From positions 76,309-140,308 of the forward strand of contig CAXGUD010000006.1 of the NCBI GenBank assembly GCA_964012805.1: a DNA stretch of 64,000 nt, written 5' to 3'. The notes under the pieces were generated by a model, which was given only the letters and a program-made list of their open reading frames with translations, made no database searches and was not told the DNA's origin. Positions 56,653-64,000 of this stretch are shown here, piece by piece. Every line of letters starts with the position of its first letter. Position 1 is the first letter of the stretch. Source of the DNA: an uncultured Bacteriovoracaceae bacterium (GTDB taxonomy: Bacteria > Bdellovibrionota > Bacteriovoracia > Bacteriovoracales > Bacteriovoracaceae). A program made the position numbers and the translations under genes.

Positions 56653-58755
56653 ATGAAACTTTTAAAGTTTAGCCTAGTTTGTGTTTTGATACTTTGCCCT
56701 TTGGCCTTTGCTGGCAAAATAGATACATCAAGGTTTGATTCTCTAAATAAAGTCTTAAAGACAAAAACAAAATCAACTGTGAACTTAAAGGATGGAATTA
56801 AGGAAGCTGAAAAACTTCTTAAGGATGATGTAAGTGCTAAGTTGAGACGGCAAAAGCAGATGGGTGCAGTATTGTCTTTGCCTTACCGATGTTCAATGAA
56901 AACAAGAAAAGGTCGTTATCAGGACATTATGAATAGTTTGAAAGCTTTAACAGCAAAAATAAAAGTAGGAAATTGTAAAAGTGAAGGGAGCGCTTATATA
57001 AATCAGATGGATTCTGTGTTTAAAAACTGGAAGGATATGTCTGAAACAACTGAAGCAACAAAAGTTTTCAATTCAAATGCACCAGCTCCGGACCCCAATG
57101 CCGCTGTTGATAGTGCGACGGCAACTCCGGCCGCAGCTGATATCTATTTTACCCAAGCCAGGGTAATGGCGGTTAGCCAGGTATTGAAGAACTTTGGAAA
57201 CCTCGCTCAAAAAGCAGGCTGTCAATACGAACTTAAAAAAACGGATACTCTTCAAATTTTAAGGGATGTTATTTCAAACATTTCAAGTGTTGGACTTTTG
57301 GTTCCTGGTCAGGCGGGAGCTTTGACTGCCTTAGGTGGAACGGGTCTTGTCGGTGTTATTGAGATGATTAGAAACCTTATTTCAACTAAATGGGATTGGC
57401 ATAATGAAAAAGATAGAGATACCTTTGTGGATTTAAACTGTGGCTTTTATACCCTTCAAAACGAACTTGAAAAAGAAACCCTTTTTAATATTAAAACTGA
57501 TCAAAATAAATTAGACCAAAAGAGGCTAACCGAAGAAGTTAAAAAATTTAAGGTGGTCGTTGCTAAATTAAGAAATGGAATCCATGTAAGCGAAAAAAGT
57601 AGTAAAAGGTTTAAAGAAACAGAAAAGAGGCTTTTTATCACAAAAAATTTTAGTGAAGAAACCTATTTTCTTTTAAATACAATTAAAAATGCTGGGAAAG
57701 TTTCTCATGGGATGGCGGTTAATGCTAAAACTATACCCCAAAGAGGAGCTGTTATAGAGGAGCTTATTCATCTTCATAAAGAATTTTTTAGATATATTGA
57801 TAAATCAAAGGTTTCTTATTATGGGACTTTTCTGGTTTCAGAAACGAAGGACAACTTCAAAGATATTTTTGGCGTTAAGGCCACCCTTTCGGGTAATAAA
57901 ATAAATCTTGATAAAAACAAAGTTCTTTCAAAATTTTTAACTAAAAAAAATAAATTTGATGAACTCGTTAAAAAATTTAATGAACCGATTTTTTGGCTTG
58001 CTGATGATATTCATTCAGAAATAAGTAAAAAAAGTGGGAACGAAAAACACTTTGACCCTCTGGTGAGTAAAGCAGAGAGAGTCCTCGCAAGTATTGAAAA
58101 AAGATTAGATAAAAAGGTAAAGCAGCTAGCAAGGGTTAATCAAATTCAAACAGGAAAGTTTGAATTTGATATGGAAGACTCTGGAACAATGGATCGAATT
58201 AACTTAAAGGCCAAATACAACGAAATTCAAAACGTTATTTATGGAAAGGCAGGAGCTTCGTTTTTAGAATACTCGATAAAACATAGCTATAATGCTCTTT
58301 GGGAGTTTGAAAAGCACTTTGATGCCACCTTTGGAACCATGTCTCGAGAGGGAGATATGGGGGCGAGAGTTCTTAGAAATTTCAAACCAGCAGGCAAAAA
58401 GGCGAGGGAAATTTGTGCCAACATAGACAAAATGATGAAAGATTTTGCCGAAGGTGATGATTTAGTTCAGGCAGGCTTTGACTTTCTTGTCATTAACGAG
58501 CGACACTTTTTAAGAACTCCAGGAAAGAAGAGTATATGGGATGTCTTTAAAATTGATTACTACAAGAAGAAGTACCTCTATACAAACTTTAATGAGGCCA
58601 ACAAAATAAATAAACTTCTAAAAAAAGGGATATTTTTTAATCCTGGTGGTTATTCAAAAAAGGGTATAGCCCGTCAGATGATTATGCGCTCAAATAATTT
58701 AACAACTCGGATTAATTTACAAACATTTCATGATAGAAGTTGCCGTAGGTTCTAA
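56653..58755 (+). CDS. Secreted alpha-helical hypothetical protein (paralog A)
   Basis: GGAG RBS and signal peptide at 56653; Gly-rich hydrophobic segment; the upstream in-frame extension looks like AT-rich intergenic DNA. Confidence 0.8.
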   Translation: MKLLKFSLVCVLILCPLAFAGKIDTSRFDSLNKVLKTKTKSTVNLKDGIKEAEKLLKDDVSAKLRRQKQMGAVLSLPYRCSMKTRKGRYQDIMNSLKALTAKIKVGNCKSEGSAYINQMDSVFKNWKDMSETTEATKVFNSNAPAPDPNAAVDSATATPAAADIYFTQARVMAVSQVLKNFGNLAQKAGCQYELKKTDTLQILRDVISNISSVGLLVPGQAGALTALGGTGLVGVIEMIRNLISTKWDWHNEKDRDTFVDLNCGFYTLQNELEKETLFNIKTDQNKLDQKRLTEEVKKFKVVVAKLRNGIHVSEKSSKRFKETEKRLFITKNFSEETYFLLNTIKNAGKVSHGMAVNAKTIPQRGAVIEELIHLHKEFFRYIDKSKVSYYGTFLVSETKDNFKDIFGVKATLSGNKINLDKNKVLSKFLTKKNKFDELVKKFNEPIFWLADDIHSEISKKSGNEKHFDPLVSKAERVLASIEKRLDKKVKQLARVNQIQTGKFEFDMEDSGTMDRINLKAKYNEIQNVIYGKAGASFLEYSIKHSYNALWEFEKHFDATFGTMSREGDMGARVLRNFKPAGKKAREICANIDKMMKDFAEGDDLVQAGFDFLVINERHFLRTPGKKSIWDVFKIDYYKKKYLYTNFNEANKINKLLKKGIFFNPGGYSKKGIARQMIMRSNNLTTRINLQTFHDRSCRRF

Positions 58756-58768
58756 AAGATAATAGGAA

Positions 58769-60820
58769 TTGGATCTTATGGACCAGTATCGAATTATGAG
58801 AATGTTAAGAATCATCTCTGAAATCAACGTCAAAATAGTGTTGGTGTCTCTTTTTATTTTTCTTTTTTTTCCATTAAAGGTTGAGGCCAATTTATTGAAC
58901 GAGGCCGAAAGTTATTTGCAAAAAATGAGAAAGATAACCTTTTTAAAAGATAGAAAGTCCTCTCTTGAAAGGCCAAAGCAATGTGTTTACAAAGAAGATC
59001 TAGAGGGGGAGGTAGACGACCATGGAAAAACCTCCCAAAACCTCCTCCTCCAGTTTAAGGAAATGACGGATCTTCTTAAAAAAGAAGAGTGTCGTGAAGC
59101 AGGAAAAAGTACCTTTTTAAAAATAGAAAAAGACTTAGAGGAGATGAGAAAAATTCAAGAAAAATTTATGAAAGATAGTAAAATGACCACAGCAAAAAAG
59201 GGGTTAACTGATTTTAGTGGTGCAAGGTGGGATCCGGCCTTAGGGAATAAAGTTTTAGAAAATTGGGGGAAACTTACACAAGTTCCTGCTTGTAAGGATC
59301 GTTTTAAAGCAAGAAAAGTTCTTGGGTATATGACCAATTTTACAACAAATCTTCTTTTTACAGGTATGCTTGTTCCGGGAAGAATTGGTCAAGTCTCTGC
59401 TTATTACAACTTGGCATTAGGCTCAACAATGAAGCTTTTTAGGATGATTTTAGAATCATATACTGATTATGTTGATCCTATTCAAAGAGAGGCCTTTTTA
59501 AAAATGAATTGTGCTTTTTTCGAGTACGAAAATATTCTGGATAGGGAGGGCTTTTTTTCTATCCACTCAGCTGAGCAAAAAGAAGAATTATTAAAAATTG
59601 AAAAGACTTACCTTCCTAAACTTCAAGGTTATATTGATAAAATAAAAAAACCTATGAATAAACACCAGGAAGAGTTTTTTATCAAAAACTATGGAGAAGT
59701 AAATTATTCTATTTTTAGTTTTTTTCAAGATATTAAACCTATCGTAAAAACAAAAGGAAGAGGAAGCCGCTTAAAGCCAAGAATAAAGGGACCTCTTGTA
59801 ACAAAGATTTGGAATAGTTACGATTATATCGTTCTTAAGAAAAATTGGGAAAAAGCTAAGCTTGATTATGAAATGAAAACGGCTTTTCCTTACTTTATTA
59901 TTGTGTTTAAAAATAACTTTAAGGGATATACTGATCATAATTCTTTTGTCTCAAAAATGATGAGAGACAATAAAGAGTGGAATAGAGTGCTTGACCTCTA
60001 TTTTGATGGGCTTACTCCTCTCGTTGAGCATTATGACAGTATGGGAAAAAAGAGCCTGACTAGTTTTCAAAAAACTCGGGAGTATCTCCTTCTTCAAAAG
60101 ATTACTCGGTATAGAGATGTTTTTTATCACAGAATAAAAGTCCTTAATAACATTGTTAAGGGGGAGCTAGGCTTTCTTGAATATGATGATGGGAGAACGG
60201 ACAGGTGGCGTATAGTAGATGAGTACAAGACATTTGAAAAAAATATTTTTGGAAAAGAAGGAAAAAAGTTTATTTCTAATATTAATTACACTGCCCAAAA
60301 AAGCATTAAAATCATTAAAAAGCAATATAGGATCATAGTGGACCAGTATGAATATAAAAAGGATTTTACTGAGAATCTTTCAAATGAAGATAAAATGAAG
60401 GCTTATTGTGCTGATATCAATTATTACATTGATTCTTACGATGACTATAACACCATTGTTCGCCAAGGCCATGACTTTATAAAAATTAACTCCCGGTATT
60501 TCGCAAGGAGTGATCATAAGAAAAAATGGACTCGATATTTTCAAAGAAAGGCCTGGCAGGAAAGGTACCTTCACAAAAATTATTTTAGTCTTTTAAAAGC
60601 TGAAGAATTAAGGAAAGAGGTTCAAAAATGGAAAGAAGAAAATAAGGACAAAGTAGAAGATTTTCCAGAGGCCCTCATGAAAAAATTAAAAGAAAAGAAA
60701 AATATTTTTAGTAAGAGGACGCTTGGTCGCCATATCCTCAACCGAGAAATCCATAGCATTAACCTAAAGGATATTATTGAAATCAAAGAGAAGCATTGCA
60801 AACAGTCCACAGTCCAGTAA
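58769..60820 (+). CDS. Secreted alpha-helical hypothetical protein (paralog B; start uncertain, 58769-58796)
   Basis: Signal peptide ..VEA-N; motif-by-motif similarity to paralog A. Confidence 0.8.
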   Translation: MDLMDQYRIMRMLRIISEINVKIVLVSLFIFLFFPLKVEANLLNEAESYLQKMRKITFLKDRKSSLERPKQCVYKEDLEGEVDDHGKTSQNLLLQFKEMTDLLKKEECREAGKSTFLKIEKDLEEMRKIQEKFMKDSKMTTAKKGLTDFSGARWDPALGNKVLENWGKLTQVPACKDRFKARKVLGYMTNFTTNLLFTGMLVPGRIGQVSAYYNLALGSTMKLFRMILESYTDYVDPIQREAFLKMNCAFFEYENILDREGFFSIHSAEQKEELLKIEKTYLPKLQGYIDKIKKPMNKHQEEFFIKNYGEVNYSIFSFFQDIKPIVKTKGRGSRLKPRIKGPLVTKIWNSYDYIVLKKNWEKAKLDYEMKTAFPYFIIVFKNNFKGYTDHNSFVSKMMRDNKEWNRVLDLYFDGLTPLVEHYDSMGKKSLTSFQKTREYLLLQKITRYRDVFYHRIKVLNNIVKGELGFLEYDDGRTDRWRIVDEYKTFEKNIFGKEGKKFISNINYTAQKSIKIIKKQYRIIVDQYEYKKDFTENLSNEDKMKAYCADINYYIDSYDDYNTIVRQGHDFIKINSRYFARSDHKKKWTRYFQRKAWQERYLHKNYFSLLKAEELRKEVQKWKEENKDKVEDFPEALMKKLKEKKNIFSKRTLGRHILNREIHSINLKDIIEIKEKHCKQSTVQ

Positions 60821-60930
60821 ATTCAACACAAACCCTCAATGTGAACGAGTGAGAAGATGCGGTTTACTGGACTTAATTCCTTTTAAGTCGTATTGTCCTT
60901 AAAATTAGAAACATATTTAATGGAATCTTT

Positions 60931-61812
60931 ATGGGCGTCGCGGCAAGGTTTTTAGTTCTTTTTACAAGCTTTTTTTTCTTAATAAAGGCATGGTCTTTGC
61001 CTCCGATTATCGCGATAGGGGACCTCCATGGCGATTATGAAGGGACTCTTACTCTTTTAAAAAAAGCAGAAATCATAGATGAAAAGTTAAACTGGATAGG
61101 CGGAAATAAAATTTTAGTCCAGCTCGGAGATCAGATAGACCGCGGTGCTGGGGATAAGCAAATTCTTGATCTCTTTGAGTATTTAAAGGAAGAAGCGCCT
61201 AGATTTGGTGGCGAGGTTTATCCATTAATAGGCAATCATGAGGCCATGAATGTTTACGGCAACTTTAAATACGTCTTTCCAGAAAAGGCCTTTTATGACT
61301 TTGAAAATTTTTTTAGTAGTGCACCTAAAAACTATGTCGAAAAATACAAGCATTATAAGAGGGGACGGCTTCATGCCTTTTTTCCTGGAGGAGATTATGC
61401 AAAAATGCTTTCTAAGAGGAAGGCCATTTTGAAATTGGGTCCCTATGTTTTTGTTCATGGTGGAGTCCTCCCAAAGTATGCTCGGTTAGGTATAGAAAAT
61501 TTAAATAGAGAAGCATCACAATGGATGGAGGGTAAAAGGGAAAGGCCTCATTGGATCACCGACTCCAATGGGCCTTTATGGGTGAGGTATTTTTCAAAAA
61601 AGACCACTACCTCACACTGTGACATGCTAAAAGAGTCCCTTAAGATTTTAGGTGCAAAAAAAATGTTTGTGGCCCACTCAGTTCAGGAGAATGGTATTAA
61701 CACTGCATGTGAGGGAAGGGTTGTGAGAACTGATACAGGCATCTCTTCTTATTATGGTGGGAAAAAGGAAGCTGTTCTTATTGAAAAAGGAAAGCTTTAT
61801 CGCATTAACTAA
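60931..61812 (+). CDS. Secreted Shewanella-like PPP phosphatase (Shelph) metallophosphoesterase
   Basis: GDLHGD, GDQIDRG, GNHE, HGG, GPLWVR, AHS, TDTG. Confidence 0.88.
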   Translation: MGVAARFLVLFTSFFFLIKAWSLPPIIAIGDLHGDYEGTLTLLKKAEIIDEKLNWIGGNKILVQLGDQIDRGAGDKQILDLFEYLKEEAPRFGGEVYPLIGNHEAMNVYGNFKYVFPEKAFYDFENFFSSAPKNYVEKYKHYKRGRLHAFFPGGDYAKMLSKRKAILKLGPYVFVHGGVLPKYARLGIENLNREASQWMEGKRERPHWITDSNGPLWVRYFSKKTTTSHCDMLKESLKILGAKKMFVAHSVQENGINTACEGRVVRTDTGISSYYGGKKEAVLIEKGKLYRIN

Positions 61813-61898
61813 AAATCGATAGTAGTTTTTTTAATATTATCCTTTTTTTGCCCGTAATGCTTCCTTTATGATTATCAAATGGTATTTTAGTGTATTTT

Positions 61899-63131
61899 TC
61901 ACTTATTTATTTTTAAAATAACACTGGAGTTTGTGCCACCAAAGCCAAAAGAATTTTTTAGGATGTAGCGGACGTTACACTCTTTGACTTCTAGGCAATG
62001 ATTTATTTGAGAATTGCCATCTATGTTTGTAAGGTTGAGGGTCGGGATGATCATGCCTCTTTTGGCCGATTCAATCATTGCGATCATTTCATTGACGCCT
62101 GAAGCTCCAATAGTGTGTCCAAAGTAGGATTTCAAAGCTGTGACGGGTGGTGTTTTTTCTCCAAAAACCTTAGATATCGCTTTTGATTCGTAGATGTCCC
62201 CTTTTTTAGTACCAGGAGAGTGAGAACCAATCCAGTCGATGTCAGAAGGGTTTAAATTTGCCATTTTAAGAGCACTTTCCATTGCTCTTATAGGCGCTTC
62301 AGCCGAAGGTTCCATTGCAAGGTTATGAAATGAGTCAGAGGTGCTTGAGAAGCCTACGATTTCTGCCTGTATATTAGCGCCTCTTTTGAGGGCATTTTCT
62401 CTTTCTTCCAAGAATATAATTCCTGCTCCTTCAGCAGAAACTGTTCCATTTCTATCGCTTGAAAATGGTTTACATCCATTTTCAGAGCTGCTATCTGCTA
62501 AGGCCAGTTTTGAAAAACCAAGGTGCCACACATCTTCAAGGGGAGCATCAACCCCTCCTGTAATCATCATATCGTGAAAACCACCAGCAATTTCGAGGTA
62601 GGATTGCTTGATGGCGATGAGTGAAGAACTGCAGGCACTTGATGCCGAAGTTGAGATTCCTTTGGTCCCTAACTTTATTGAAATTTGAGCTGGTGCTGAG
62701 TTGGGGATCATTGAGGCCAAGTGATGGTAACTTACTTTAGAGTAGTCTTTGTTTAAAAAAAACTTTGAAGCCTCTGACATTTTTCCTAATCCAAAAAGAC
62801 CAACACCTATATTAACGCCTATTCTGAAAGGGTCATAACCAAACATTTCTGATTCAAAAAACCTTTCTTCTTGTGCTAAGTCGAGTGTCGCAGACACAGC
62901 AAACTTTGCCATATCATCAAGGTAATCAAATTCTTTAGAGGAAAAGTAGTCACTTTGTATCTTTGCTCGGTCTACTTCACCTGAAAAACTTGTTTGTCTT
63001 GGTGCGGTCGTTTTATATTTTTTAGAAAAACCTTGCTTACCTCTAAGGATATTGGACCACATTTCACTGTTTCCATAGCCAAGCTCTGAAATGCTGTTAG
63101 TTGATGTTATTACAATTTGTCTTCCTTGCAT
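61899..63131 (-). CDS. Beta-ketoacyl-ACP synthase (FabF/KAS II-like; alternative start 63158)
   Basis: ACSSS catalytic Cys, SHSPGT, KSYFGHTIG, KNSFGFGG. Confidence 0.9.
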   Translation of the reverse strand: MQGRQIVITSTNSISELGYGNSEMWSNILRGKQGFSKKYKTTAPRQTSFSGEVDRAKIQSDYFSSKEFDYLDDMAKFAVSATLDLAQEERFFESEMFGYDPFRIGVNIGVGLFGLGKMSEASKFFLNKDYSKVSYHHLASMIPNSAPAQISIKLGTKGISTSASSACSSSLIAIKQSYLEIAGGFHDMMITGGVDAPLEDVWHLGFSKLALADSSSENGCKPFSSDRNGTVSAEGAGIIFLEERENALKRGANIQAEIVGFSSTSDSFHNLAMEPSAEAPIRAMESALKMANLNPSDIDWIGSHSPGTKKGDIYESKAISKVFGEKTPPVTALKSYFGHTIGASGVNEMIAMIESAKRGMIIPTLNLTNIDGNSQINHCLEVKECNVRYILKNSFGFGGTNSSVILKINK

Positions 63132-63447
63132 CCTTGTACCACCATTCAGAAAAACCATAACTTATCAATAAATTTATATTCTATTTGGCATTTTTCTAAA
63201 TGGACAGTTAAAAAAAACATATTTATTTTTTATTCCAAAAGTTAAAAAAATATATGGAAAATATTGAACTTTATTTTATTAAATTCATTAAATTAAACTA
63301 AATCAAAAATAAATAAACATTATTCGTATTACATTTACTAAATTTTATTAAAAATAAAACATTGAAAAATTGGAATGAAATTAGAAGAAAAAAATTAAGG
63401 TTATAGAGGGGTAATAGCGATAAGAAGCAAGGAAAGGAAAACTTTTT

Positions 63448-64000
63448 ATGCGAATTTTAGTCGGAACATTGGTCTTTAGCTTTTTGGTATATGCCTTTAT
63501 ATTTGTAAATAAAGAAAACGTTGACCTTAATTTTGAAGAACTTGGAGAAGTGATTGAAAACGAAGATAAAGAAAAGGAAGACTTTAAATCTGAATCTTTA
63601 GAGTACGCTTTTGAAAAAATAAATAAAAAAATTGAAGAAGAAAAAGAAAGTAAACTAGATAAGAAAAAAAATGAAAAAGTTTCGACTTCAAAAGAAGTTC
63701 AATTCAAGGGAAGTTTAAAAGAAAAAGCCTTTGTCGGAATGGTTACGAAAAAAGCAATCGAAGGCTTTGAAAGAGCGATGAAGGGAGAGGAAGTATCTGC
63801 TGAGGAAATGGATCTTTTAAAGGAAGCCTTCAATGAATTGGATGATCCTAAAAAGCAAGTCAATATGGCCAAAAAAATTTTAAGGGATTTACCGGCCGAA
63901 ACCAAATTACCTATGAGGGCCCTTTTTTGGACTTTGGCTGGTGAAGTAATAAAAGATAAGGATTTTGTGAGGAATGAAGTCTATCCAGATATTATTGCGA
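63448..64000 (+). CDS. Hypothetical membrane-anchored protein, 3' truncated (absent from the ORF track)
   Basis: ATG 63448 with upstream AGGA; MRILVGTLVFSFLVYAFIFVNKE..., open to the window end. Confidence 0.75.
   Translation, partial: MRILVGTLVFSFLVYAFIFVNKENVDLNFEELGEVIENEDKEKEDFKSESLEYAFEKINKKIEEEKESKLDKKKNEKVSTSKEVQFKGSLKEKAFVGMVTKKAIEGFERAMKGEEVSAEEMDLLKEAFNELDDPKKQVNMAKKILRDLPAETKLPMRALFWTLAGEVIKDKDFVRNEVYPDIIA

Noticed and set aside
63699..63905. 68-aa minus-strand ORF
   Set aside because: Antisense to the longer plus-strand ORF starting at 63448.

Overview
AT-rich, gene-dense bacterial chromosomal window with no rRNA, tRNA, CRISPR array or mobile element that I can recognise. The gene content includes many Lys-rich secreted or lipoprotein hypotheticals, a FecR + TPR/beta-barrel pair, a CheA-like kinase, a transglutaminase-elicitor-like protein, an MVL lectin and recurring sigma28-like boxes. 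This suggests a marine Bdellovibrionota (Bacteriovoracia-like) genome, which is an inference. The standout locus is a ~10 kb divergent biosynthetic cluster (6173-16119). It encodes an OleD-like reductase, a NodU/CmcH carbamoyltransferase, a DUF1145 protein, an OleA-like condensing enzyme that keeps the catalytic Glu, a cytochrome P450, a JmjC/cupin Fe(II)/2OG enzyme, a LolA-like carrier and an MMPL exporter. The JmjC metal triad is H-x-A...H rather than H-x-D...H, which is the radical-halogenase signature. No OleB or OleC is present. I propose that the cluster makes an exported, carbamoylated and possibly halogenated head-to-head lipid. Other highlights are a stand-alone blue-tuned proteorhodopsin, a secreted ankyrin + transglutaminase-like pair (possible effector/immunity), tandem secreted paralogs with a hydrophobic hairpin (possible bipartite pore former), a caspase-fold-like secreted protein, a zinc-free DksA and an RDD gene broken by one in-frame TAA. 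All family calls come from motifs recognised by eye; no searches were run.
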